A stretch of DNA of 64,000 nt from the human T2T-CHM13v2.0 reference genome, Homo sapiens. The DNA lies in assembly GCF_009914755.1 (NCBI RefSeq), contig NC_060925.1. One strand, written 5' to 3'. This document shows positions 1 through 12,653 of the stretch, in pieces; position 1 is the first letter of the stretch; every line of letters begins with the position of its first letter. Under the pieces are notes generated by a model that did no database searches, was not told the DNA's origin, and was given only the letters and a program-made list of their open reading frames with translations. Position numbers and translations under genes: made by a program.

Positions 1-669
1 AACAGGCAGAGATAATGAGCTTTAAGTGACATATTAAGTTCAAAATGCCCAAGAAGCAACTGGAAAAGCAGATCATCAATAAGAGTGTTCAACCCCTGTC
101 CTTGAGGAACTTACAATCTGGAATCCTTTTATAGCTAAAGATTTGGATTTAGTAGTGATTCTACTAGGTATTCTCTAAAAGCTGTGGGAACAGCAAAGTC
201 CTCCAAGAAAGAGCATGAAAGACCAAAAGAAACGCCATAAATTTAAGGACAAAAATTTTAAATATTCTAAATACTAAAAGCCATTTGAAATGTTAACATC
301 AAGTGCTAAAAACACTTTTACAACTTAAAATAGTGGCCTTTTAAGAGGATATACCTCAATACATTTAAATACATTTCCAGAAAACGACAGTGTCTCAATA
401 ACATAGCATATTGTATTAAAACATAAACTTTAACTTGTCCTTCCTATTCAAACTGTACCTCTCTTTATAGAGGTATTCTAGTTAAATTAAAAATAAATGG
501 TAGAATTAAAGGCATAATTATTTCCACTTGCAAACCACTAGTGAAATAATGAAAACAGGCTATTAGTGTAGTACAAAGAGGGATAACCAAATATATGCCT
601 CCTGAAGGAAGTACACACCAATATCTAGGAATTATACTTGTCCTCTCCCCCAACACTCCCACTCGGAAA

Positions 670-1310
670 TCAAACCTGAACTAAATTTGTTCAGTCTTCA
701 ATCTAGCTACCAATTTACAAGAAATACAAAGGATAGAGGGACATATTAAACTAGGACATGTTAAATCTATACCTGAGGGACATATTCATCAACATCCAGG
801 ATGAGAGAAACCGGAGGAAAAATGGCCTGGTTCCTTCAACAAATATTAGGTTGGTGCAAACATAATTGCGGTTTTTCAATTGCCATTGAAAGTAATGGCA
901 AAAACCACAATGACATTTGCACCAACCTTACAAGGAAAATACATTACGAGGAAAATAATTAAGATGAGGGAACCTATAGATTAAAAAGTTTAAGAGACAT
1001 CCCAAACAAATGTAATATGTTACCTTGTTTGGACCCCAAATCAAACCAACCAATTATTTAAAAACAACTGAGGAATATTTGAATACTGACTGGATATTTG
1101 GCGATGTTAATTTTTAAAGGTAGGGTAATGGCATTGTGGTTATGACTTTCTCGAGAGTTATCTTTCAGATATCTATATTGAAATAAAACAAATGAAATCA
1201 TTTGTAGAATTTGCTTCACAGTAATCCAGTAGGGTCTGGGGAAAGTAGATAGGGGAAGAGAGAAATCGTGTCGCTCAACTCTTTGTGTTTTGAAATTTTC
1301 CATACTTAAC
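670..1310 (+). mobile_element. Old L1 (L1MC/L1ME-like) 3' UTR fragment interrupted by MADE1
   Basis: Motifs such as AAATGGCCTGGTTCCTTCAACAAA and AATGGCATTGTGGTTATG resemble old L1 3' ends. Confidence 0.55.
846..930. mobile_element. MADE1 (Hsmar1-derived mariner MITE)
   Basis: About 85-bp palindrome TTAGGTTGGTGCAAA...TTTGCACCAACCTTA after a TA, matching the MADE1 consensus. Confidence 0.9.
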
Positions 1311-1479
1311 TGTTCAAAAGGGAAAAAAGAAAAACACCATTCTCAGGGGTTGCCAACAAAAACTGAAAACAACAGTTTGAATTTTGTCTCCAAGCCTTAC
1401 AAGCTGAGCAGCCCTGGTCTAGTCACACAACTTTTTAGTGTCCCTATTGGTTAAATGGAGACAAACAAATACCACCTAA

Positions 1480-2660
1480 TAAACTCGTATTTGTTCAAGC
1501 CAGAAACCTGGGTTATATCCTTAACGTCTCTGACTTTCCCAGTCTCCCACATCTGGTCTCCACCAAATCCTCCACCAAATCCTGTCTGTTTCTCTACCAA
1601 ATCCTGTCTTGTCCATCACTGTGGTCTCACACCACTCCAACAGCCTCCTTTCAGCCTGTTCTCCATATTGCATCCAAAGTGATGTTCCTAAAACACAAAA
1701 TCCAATCAGGTTATCCCCAGCCCCACTGAAAATCCTTTTTTTTTTTTTTTTTTTTTGAAACAGAGTCTTGCTCTGTCGCCTGAGCTGAGCTGAAGTGCAG
1801 TGGTGTGATCTCAGTTTTCATTGCAGCCTCCACCTCCTGGGTTCAAGCTGTTCTCCTGTATCAGCCTCCCAAGTAGCTGGGATTACAGAAGCATGCCACC
1901 ATGCCTGGCTAATTTTTTGTATTTTTAATAGAGACAGGGTTTCACCATGTTGGCCAGGCTGGTCTTGAACTCCTGACCTCAAGTGATCCACCCGCCTTGG
2001 CCTCCCAAAGTGTTGGGATTACAGGCGTGAGCCACCAGCTTGAAAATCCTTCAACTGCTTTCAATCAGCTTCAAGACAAGAGCGCTCCTTTAAAATTTTT
2101 TTACCCTCCTTTATCCCTTAAAAATCCCTTTAATTTTTTTACCCTCCTTGATTCCTTAAAATGGCTTACAAGGCCCTCCATTTTCTCATACTGTCTATCT
2201 CTTCAACTTCTATCTCTTCCCATTCTCTTTGACTTTTTTATGCTTTAGCTTTGGTAAAATTCAGCTCTTGCATTACACCCTGTACTCTTGAGTGTAGCTT
2301 CAGTGTTCATGTCTGGAATGTTCTTTCCACCCATCATCACTGTCTTGCCTGGCTAGCTCTTTCATCCTTCAAGTCTCAGGTTAAACAGTATTTCCTCAGA
2401 GAGGTCTAGCCAAATTGCTTCTATACTAAGTTGGGTGTCTTCTCACACCTACACAATACAGTATTTGTTCCTACAGGAACCTGTACCCACCCTATTATAA
2501 CAGTACCTACTTGTTTGTAAAGAGTATTTGCTGTGGCAATTATATATTTATCTGTTTTCCAGCTAGACTATAACTCTAGGAGGGCAAGTGGTAAAATTTG
2601 TTCACTGCTGAATCCTAAGTCTCTCATGGTGCCTGGTAGCCAATAACAAATTGCCGAACA
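1480..2660 (+). mobile_element. L2 LINE fragments split by an Alu
   Basis: L2-like pyrimidine-rich motifs (CATCCTTCAAGTCTCAG, CTAGACTATAACTC). Confidence 0.55.
1736..2037 (-). mobile_element. Alu (AluS-like)
   Basis: Antisense Alu with T-tail; TSD TGAAAATCCTT at 1727 and 2041. Confidence 0.95.
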
Positions 2661-3604
2661 TATAAAATTCACAACAATCTGGACTGTTTTCCTCATACCC
2701 AAGTTCCATCTTCCTAGTCCTCAACTGCAACAAAAACAAGACAGCTATGTAGGCATTTACGCAGAGATCTTAATCTTGCATAGGAGTGAGCATTATAAAG
2801 TGAATTGAAAACACGATGGGAATGCAGAACATAAGGAGCTGAGAAATCTATTTTCAGGCTGAGATAATTTGTATCCAAATTTACAATCTAAAGAAAAATC
2901 AGGAGTGCCAATCTAACAAAAATGAGTCCAAAGACACACATAGTTCCCACCAAACCATAACAAGTTTTCAGACCTAAGATGTTAGATCACTTAATCCCTC
3001 CAGCCCCAGTTTCCTTATGTGTAAAACAAGGGATCCTGATCAGCTGGTCATTAGGATCCTTTCCAGGGCTAATATATGCCCTAATATTTAAAGGCTAAAA
3101 CATGTAAACTAGTGAAATACTAATCATTTGCTTTCATCCTATAGTGATATGACTTTTTTCCTTTTTAATCTGTTTAAGGACATTACAGTCTATCCCGTTA
3201 AGCTTACAACTAAACCTTCAAATCTATTCAGCTATAAAAATCTTACAAAATGCTCCTCAGATCATTAACTTGCATATTTAACAATGGTAACTGCAATCTG
3301 ATGAAACAACAGCATCTACCTAAGACCAAAATGAATTACTGAAATATATTCAACTTCTGTGTAAATAATAAATCTTACCACGTGTTTTAAGTGCTAAATA
3401 TCTTGAATTGTTGGTCATTTCTATGGCAATCTGAAGGCAAAGTCGTGCCCCAGGGTGTAAGACTTGAATTTATGGGTACTATTTAACACCTAACTAAAAA
3501 ACTGAAGATACATAGTCTTTGCATCACCTCACTGGGCTGGTGGTTGGGATAAAAAAATTGTTGAAACCAGAGTAATTTTTGAAAAAAAAATTCAAAACAA
3601 GTTA

Positions 3605-3657
3605 TAGTAAGTTACAGTAAATAAAGTAGCTTAGTAAGTTACAGTAAATAAAGTAGC
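3605..3657. repeat. 27-bp-period perfect tandem duplication
   Basis: TAGTAAGTTACAGTAAATAAAGTAGC at 3605-3630 and 3632-3657. Confidence 0.9.
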
Positions 3658-4618
3658 GTGTAAACATTTTACTGTTATCAGTAGCAGCCCAGTTTCTAAT
3701 CAGCCACTGGAAACCCAAAGAAAGACTAAAGTAGTAACAAGTTTGTCTCCTGGTTTAGATTAATTACAAACTAGTTTTGGCAACTGCTTGTTCCATCAAA
3801 TATGTCATGACAAAGTAATAAAATGTTAAAACGCATGCTGGAAAAAAAAAAAGACGTACTTGGAACAAAAAACTTGCATCGGACCAAGTGTAACGCTATC
3901 CTCCAGATTTCTCTCAACAGGGCCGCCTTAAGTCCATGAGTAGAAGGGCGCTGCGGCGGACGCTGGCAGCCACAGGTTGAATGACAAAGAGCCCCCGTCA
4001 GCACCACTCCCAGGAGTCTGCGGGCTGCCCCGTCCCCTCCGCAAAGTCTACTCGAACCCTGCAGTCACGCCTTGGCTGTGGGGAATGCGGCTCTCCGCAC
4101 CACTCTCGCAAGTCACCAGGTGGGGCAAGGATCGGCGGGCCAAGAAGGTTGGGGCGGACAATGTCACGAATCATAAATAACTTCTGCCCCGAGTCCCTTC
4201 CCTTGGGGCAGAAGCGGCCAGGAGAGTCTGGAGGTACCACATGCAGCAGCCTCATGTTATCCCTTTTCCAGATCAAAGCATCTCTCGAGGAGCCTATTGA
4301 AGACTTAGGGGGGAAGGGACTTCCCCACCGTCACCGGGCACCACGACCCAACTCCTCGGCCAGGCCTGGGACCGGCATCTTAGCACGGGGCCCGCGGCTC
4401 GGCTAAGAGAGGCGCTGACCCCAGCGCCTCAAGGTCTCCTTCACCAGCACTGCAGTCCGAGGCCACGCGGCTGCCTGTGACCACGATGCCCTCTGCTGGG
4501 CCGCCTCCCTCCGCCGGAGACAAAGTCTCCCAACCCCGGAGGTCCCCTCCGACCCCACCAGGGCAGCGAGGGCACCGTGGGGTCCGCGCCGCGTGCCGCC
4601 GGCTGTTACCCAACTAAC

Positions 4619-4781
4619 CGTTATATGCGCGGATCGCAGCGCCGAGCGTGTGCGTGACGTGGTGGCGCAGGCTGGAGTTCCACGGGGCCCAGGGTCCGGC
4701 TCCCGTCCTTCGCTCGCTGCCTCGTTTGCTTGTTCCAGTACCCACGCAGCTAGCCAGTCACGTCGCAGCTCACCACTTTGT
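4619..4781 (-). other. SLC16A1: Non-coding exon 1 (5' UTR) of monocarboxylate transporter 1
   Basis: Minus strand reads ACAAAGTGGTGAGCTGCGACGTGACTGGCTAGC...GATCCGCGCATATAACG, recognised from memory as the SLC16A1 mRNA leader; followed by donor GTTAGT (4618-4613). 5' boundary estimated from TTATAA at 4805-4810; longer starts are likely. Confidence 0.9.
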
Positions 4782-4999
4782 CTGGCCGGGCCAGCGAGGC
4801 TGCCTTATAACCCGCCGGGGCCGGAGCATGCGCGCAGGGGGCGGAGTCGTCTCTCCCGGCCGCCGCCCCCTCCCCGCCACACAGACATCCGAACTGCAGC
4901 CCGCGCCTCCACACGCTTTCAGCCGCGCGCGCCCTCTAGCTCGCCCGCGCGCGCCGGCGCCCCCTCCCCGCCACGTGACCGGCGTCCCAGTCCGACCCG

Positions 5000-5540
5000 C
5001 GCGCTGCGCCCCTGCTGAGCGGCGCGGAGCTACCACGCCCTGCCAGACTCGCCCTTGGGTCCCTGTCTGACGAGCTCTAGGCAATCTGCCCTCGTTCGGG
5101 ACACAACCATCGGTCTCACCCCTCAGTTTCTGCCAGAGAAAAAGGAAAAGTCACCGAGAGGCCTGACCCTGACGGGTGGGGGAGATGCGCGTGCGGAGTA
5201 GCGGGAAGCGACTGAGGAGCGGGGAATGGGCAGCATTTGAATGGATGCGGGTGCCGCTGGCACCCGGGAAGACGCTGGGGGCCGGCGCTGTAGAGCCGGG
5301 CATGGGCTGGGATGTGTTTGGATTCCAATCCGGGCCTGACACCAGTTCAGTGACCTCGGGAAGTTCCCCAACCCTCCGGGCCTGTTTCCTCCCTCTGAAG
5401 TGGCGACAGTAGTAGAACCGACCTCGTAGGCTCATCGGGAGGTCCTGATGGGAGAACCCATGCAACTTGCCACCATAGAGCCAGGCCCGCGGCGGTTGGC
5501 GCCTGGTGGGTATTAAAGACGAGTCGGGAAAGAAGAGCAG
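5000..5540 (+). ncRNA. SLC16A1-AS1: Probable exon 1 of divergent lncRNA (start approximate)
   Basis: Strong donor CAG|GTAAGA at 5540/5541 in the CpG island, head-to-head with SLC16A1; name from knowledge of the locus. Confidence 0.7.
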
Positions 5541-5704
5541 GTAAGAGGGTGGGGAGACTGGCCCAGTGGGTTGGGGTGTGCACCTCGGCCACGTGGAAAA
5601 GCGAGAATGCAGAGGCCGGACGCTTATGGACGATGCATATGTGGGGCCGGATAGAATTGTGGCAGGCGGCGCTGGGGCTGATGCTCCTCACCCGGATTAT
5701 CCTC

Positions 5705-6750
5705 TCTAATCCTCAGCCCTGTGAAGTGGGCACTGCCCTGAACATTTTGTAAATAAGGGACCCGAGGCTCAGAGAGGTGAAGTAACTTTCCAGACAGCCC
5801 AGCTCGTCAGCGGCCAGCATTTGAAGTCACACTCCAGAGCCTGTTTTTAACATAATAGCCGCTGTGACCGCATAACCAACGTGTGTGTTGAAGTGATCAA
5901 ATAACCATGGAGTGTCTTTGATGTCCAGGACTTTTGAGAAATACCGAAAAATATGAGGCAAGGCCCCTGCCTTCAAAGAGCTTGCAAGTTTTTGGGGGAG
6001 ACTTAGGCACAAATTAACCAACATCTGTTGAGCACTTGCTGCTTGCCAGGACCCTGCCCTTCCCCTCGTGTCTTCCTCCCTTCCAGGACTCACCCCCTCA
6101 CTTACCCTCCCCCTCACTTACCCTCCCCCTCAATTCTCACAGCAACCCTGGGAGGTAGGCCTTATGGTTTCTGTTTTGCAAATGAAGAACCTGAGATTGA
6201 AGAAGAGTAGAGATTGGAGGATCAGATCCTGAGAGGTCCCATGTGCTTTCCAATAACAGTTCAGTATATTAGAAGACAGTGTGGCATCCACGGCCAAGTA
6301 CTACTAGTGAGTAATACAGTAATTGCTTTTTACATTTGATAAACACGGAGAAAGGGAAGGCATTTCGGGTCATTGGGGCAGCTAGGACTTATAAGAGCAG
6401 TGCTAGGGTGGCAGCAGCATTCAGGTAGATGGTAAGGAGAATTAAGTTAGAGAGACAGGATCCTCAGTCTGGTTCAGAAGTAAATATATAAGGGCCTGTT
6501 CTATGGAATGTAGTGAGAAGTGGTTAAATAAGATGAATCCCAGGAAACCTCAAAAGAAGGCTTATAGAGCCCCATAGGGTGGTAGATTCACACTATAGAC
6601 CTGAGAGCCAGATCTGTTCAGTTCCAAATTTGATTCTTGCACTTACCAGCTCTGTGTCCTCAGGCAAGTCATTTTACCTTTCCAAGCCTCACTCCCAACT
6701 CTGTAAAACAAGGATAATACCTACCTCAGGGTTATTATGATAATAAAACT
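5705..6750. mobile_element. Three MIR fragments (about 5705-5850, 6130-6210, 6580-6750)
   Basis: MIR core motifs GAGGCTCAGAGAGGTGAAGTAACTT and CTGTAAAACAAGGATAATACCTACCTCAGGGTT. Confidence 0.65.
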
Positions 6751-6758
6751 AGTATTTA

Positions 6759-7397
<639 letters not shown>

Positions 7398-7647
7398 TTA
7401 CATGAGACCTAACCCTAAAGATTAACCCTAGATGCCCTTCCCTTGAATAGACCCTAAGGAGGCTCTGAGAGGGGCCCTAACAGTATGTTCAACAGGATCA
7501 TACTTTCTGTTGTATTGCAGTTTTGTACTCCTATCCTTGAAGATAGACAGTCATCAAAATTATAGACACCTCAGGCCCTACAAAACCTGGATCTGCTTTA
7601 ATAGATTTTAGTGTTGTGAAGACTTTGGAATCAGAAGACCTGGCCCC

Positions 7648-8387
<740 letters not shown>

Positions 8388-9060
8388 CTATCTGTGTTAT
8401 TCTGGGCAATTAATTCACTGAACTTCCCTGGGCTTTAGTTTCCTCGCCAGATAAATTAAAAATAATACCTACTAGCCTGAACTGTTGTGTTAATCAAATG
8501 AGATAGTATCTGCCGAAGTAATTGGTAAAACTTGGAAAGTGTTCTGTATTCATGAATTAATGTCATAATTTGTCTAAAGTAGATAAAAGGGAAAAATTAA
8601 AAGCAACTACCAGGCTCTTACCTGGAAAAATAGAAACACGGTGGGTGGGTGAGCTGGTGAAAATAATAAAATAATACAGGTAAAATCCTTGCTCTTCTGC
8701 CAGGTTTTTTTCCTGATTTGAGGCACACGACATTGAAGAAATGAACTAGGGAGCATAGGATGAGAAATCAGAGTGGAGAGGAAATTGGAGATCATCTAAG
8801 GCACTCCTGACTTTTTACAGAAATGGAAATTAAGGCCCAGGGATGCTAAAAGACTTGTCTGAGGCCTCCCATCTAATGATTGGCATGATCAGAAACTCCA
8901 GTTTCTTTAAGTATAAAGAACAAGTACAACCTTTAAGATAAAATATTTTGTCATGGGGGTCTTTCAGAATCATTACATCAGAACCAGAGAAGGCCTGGTA
9001 CTCTCTACTGGCTTTTAGCTTTATCACAAAATTCTTAGGATTCACCTTTCTGTTTTAAAG

Positions 9061-9159
9061 GTTGATAGACTGGATGCTGCTATGGTAATCTGCCTCAGGA
9101 AAATGCCGGACTGTTGTTTGCAAGCTGGTTAAGTGAGCAAATCTTGGGAAGATTTCAAG
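9061..9159 (+). ncRNA. SLC16A1-AS1: Probable internal 99-nt lncRNA exon
   Basis: Acceptor CCTTTCTGTTTTAAAG| ending 9060 and donor AAG|GTAAGA at 9159/9160 in unique sequence. Confidence 0.65.
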
Positions 9160-9870
9160 GTAAGAGTTGTAACTTCGGAAGTTAGTGATGCAATAAGAAA
9201 TGCAAATGCAAACTTCAAAAATTATGATATAGGTACTCTTTAAGCTGAGTAAGTTGCTCTATTGCGTTATCTGAAAAAAGAAAGATGAAATTACAGTGTG
9301 TTCTCTGGAATTCACCTACTTAACTTACATTCTTTCAGTTACTTCACCATTTCTGTGATGTAGTAGATAGGAAGGTGCTATTTTGCCCATTTTAGTAACA
9401 ATAAACAATACAGGAAAGGATTCTTCTTTTAATTGACACATTGTAATTGTACATATTCTAGGTTACAGTTTTGGTGTTTCCATACATACAAATGTTGTAT
9501 ACTGATCAAATCAGGGTACTTAGCATATCTCTCACCTCATGCTATTTTGTAATATACAATACCTTATTGTTAACAGCAACCCTACTGTGCAATAAAACAC
9601 CAGAACTTATTCTTCCAATCTAATTGTCACTTTGTACCTGTTGACCAACCTCTCCCTATCCTCCTTTCCTCTCTCCCCTTTCTAGTCTCAGATAACCACT
9701 GTTCTCTCTGCTTCTAAGATATAAACTCTTTCTTTAAAAAAAATTAGATTCCACAGATCATACAGTATTTATCTTTCTGTGTCTGGCTTATTTCACTTAA
9801 CATAATGTCCTCCAGGTTTAACCGTATTTTCACAAATGGCAAGATTTCATGCTTTTTTACAGCTGTATAA

Positions 9871-10264
<394 letters not shown>

Positions 10265-10656
10265 TGATTCCATATCTTGGTTATTGTAAATAGTGCTGCA
10301 GTAAACATAGGAGGGCAGATACCACTTCAATGTAACTGATTTCATTTCCTTTGAATATATAGCCACTAGTGGGACTCCTGGCTCACACAGTAGTTCTATT
10401 TTTAATTTTTTGAGGAAAAAATTTTCAACAAAGGTGCCAAGAACACACACTGGGGAAAAGATAGTCTCTTAAATAAACGTTGCTGGGAAAATTGGAAAGT
10501 CACATGCAGAAGAATAAGACTAGACCCTGTCTCCACCATATACACAAATCAACTCAAAATGGATTAAAGACTGTCTTCTATAGCTGCTGTACTAATTTGT
10601 AATTCCACCAAAAATGTGCAAGTGTTGTCTTTTCTCCACATCCTTGCCAACAGTTG

Positions 10657-10968
10657 TTTTTTTTGTTTTGTTTTGTTTTTTAAGACAGAGACAGAGTCTC
10701 ACTGTGTCACTCAGGCTGGAGTGCAGTGGTGCAATCTCGGCTCATTGCAACCTCTGCTTCGTGGGTTCAAGCAATTCTCCTGCCTCAGCCTCCGAGTAGC
10801 TGGGACTATAGGCATGTGCCACCATACCTGGCTAATTTTTGTATTTTTAGTAGAGTCGGGGTTTCACTATGTTGGCCAGGCTGGCCTTGAATTCCTGACC
10901 TCAAGTTATCCACCTGCCTCAGCCTCCCAAAGTGCTGGGATTACAGGCATGAGCCACCACGCAGCCTG
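10657..10968 (-). mobile_element. Alu nested in L1
   Basis: Full antisense Alu; its head is repeated in the 204-bp duplication. Confidence 0.95.
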
Positions 10969-11286
10969 TCTGTTTGTTAATAGCCATTCTAACTAGAGTG
11001 AGATGATATCTCATTGTGATTTTGATTTGCATTTGCCTGATGATTAGGGATGTTGAGGATTTTTTCATGTAACTGTTGGCCAGGCTGGCCTTGAATTCCT
11101 GACCTCAAGTGATCCACCTGCCTCAGCCTCCCAAAGTGCTGGGATTACAGGCATGAGCCACCACGCAGCCTGTCTGTTTGTTAATAGCCATTCTAACTAG
11201 AGTGAGATGATATCTCATTGTGATTTTGATTTGCATTTGCCTGATGATTAGGGATGTTGAGCATTTTTTCATGTACCTGTTGGCCA
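10870..11286. repeat. 204-bp tandem duplication (Alu head plus L1)
   Basis: TGTTGGCCA at 10870, 11074 and 11278; units differ at 3 positions by my alignment. Confidence 0.95.
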
Positions 11287-12010
11287 TTTGTATGTCTTCT
11301 TTTGAGAAATGCCTATTAAGGTCTTTTGCCCACTTTTAAATTAAGATAATTTGTTTTTCATTGTTGAATTAAGTTATTATATATTCTTCAGATATTAACT
11401 CCTTGTGAGATGTATAGTTTGCTTATATTTTCTTCCATTCTGTAGATTTTCTCTTCATTTTGTTGTTTCCTTTTTAAGTACAAAAGCTTTTCAGTTTGAT
11501 GTAATCCCATTGGTCTATTTTTTGCTTTTGTTGTCTGTGCTTTGAGATCTCTTTTTAAAAACCCTTGCCCAACCCGGTGTTGCAAAGCATTTCCCTTATG
11601 TTTTCTTTTAGTAATTTCATAGTTTCAAGTTTTATATATAAGTCTTTAATCCATTTTGAGTTGATTTGTGTATATAGTGGAGACAGGGTCTAGTCTTAGT
11701 CTTCTGCATGTGACTTTCCAATTTTCCCAGCACCATTTATTGAAGAAACTGTCTTTTTCCCAGTGCATGTTCTTGGCACCTTTGTTGAAAAACAGTTGGC
11801 CATAGATGCATGAATTTATTTCTGGGTTCTTTATTCTCTTTCATTGGTCTCTGTGTTTGTGTTTATGCCAATACCATGCTGTTTTGGTTACTATAGCCTT
11901 GTAGTACATTTTGCAATCAAGTACTGTGATGCCTCAGCTTTGTTATTTTTGCTCAGGATTGATTTGCCTATTTGAGTCTTTTGTGGCTCCATGTGAATTT
12001 AATGATTGTC

Positions 12011-12314
<304 letters not shown>

Positions 12315-12531
12315 GTCTTTTTTATTTCTGTGAAATATATTATAGGTATTTGATAGAGATTATATTTAGTTTGTAGATCACTTTGGGTAGTATGAGTGTT
12401 TTAACAATACTAATTCTCCCATGAACATGAAACGTCTTTCCATTCATTTGTGTCTTCTTCAATTTCTTTCATCAAGGTTTTATAGTTTTTCAGTTTAGAG
12501 ATCTTTAACCTCCTTGGTTAAGTTTATTCTT

Positions 12532-12653
12532 TTTTTTTTTTTTTTTTTTTGCAGCACACCAACATGGCACATGTATACATATGTAACAAACCTGCACATT
12601 GTGCACATGTACCCTAAAACTTAAAGTGTAACAATAATAAAATTTTTTTAAAA
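12532..12653 (+). mobile_element. L1PA 3'-terminal fragment with 5' poly(T)
   Basis: GCAGCACACCAACATGGCACATGTATACATATGTAACAAACCTGCAC...; TSD AAGTTTATTCTT at 12520 and 12654. Confidence 0.9.

Larger units (their letters stand above)
1..4618 (-). other. SLC16A1: Intron 1 of SLC16A1 (continues beyond window start)
   Basis: Downstream of the exon 1 donor; no MCT1 coding sequence (MPPAVGGPVGY...) seen in the window. Confidence 0.85.
3900..5720. promoter_or_regulatory. CpG island, bidirectional promoter of SLC16A1 and its divergent lncRNA
   Basis: Sharp rise in GC and CpG density; TTATAA 4805-4810, NRF1-like GCATGCGCGCAG 4826-4837, GC box GGGGCGGAG 4838-4846, E-boxes CACGTG 4972-4977 and 5590-5595, TGACGTGG 4655-4662. 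Confidence 0.92.

Noticed and set aside
4593-5018. ORF translated as MPPAVTQ..., resembling the MCT1 N-terminus MPPAVGG
   Set aside because: Wrong strand, GTG start, similarity ends after five residues; chance ORF in GC-rich DNA.
3771-5752. Many overlapping 65-141 aa ORFs in the CpG island
   Set aside because: Stop codons are scarce in GC-rich DNA; low-complexity products in all frames with no recognisable domain.
7405-7480. Scattered CCCTAA hexamers suggesting an interstitial telomere repeat
   Set aside because: Not tandem; only a few isolated copies.
11388-11585. 65-aa minus-strand ORF
   Set aside because: Lies in degenerate L1 ORF2 sequence.
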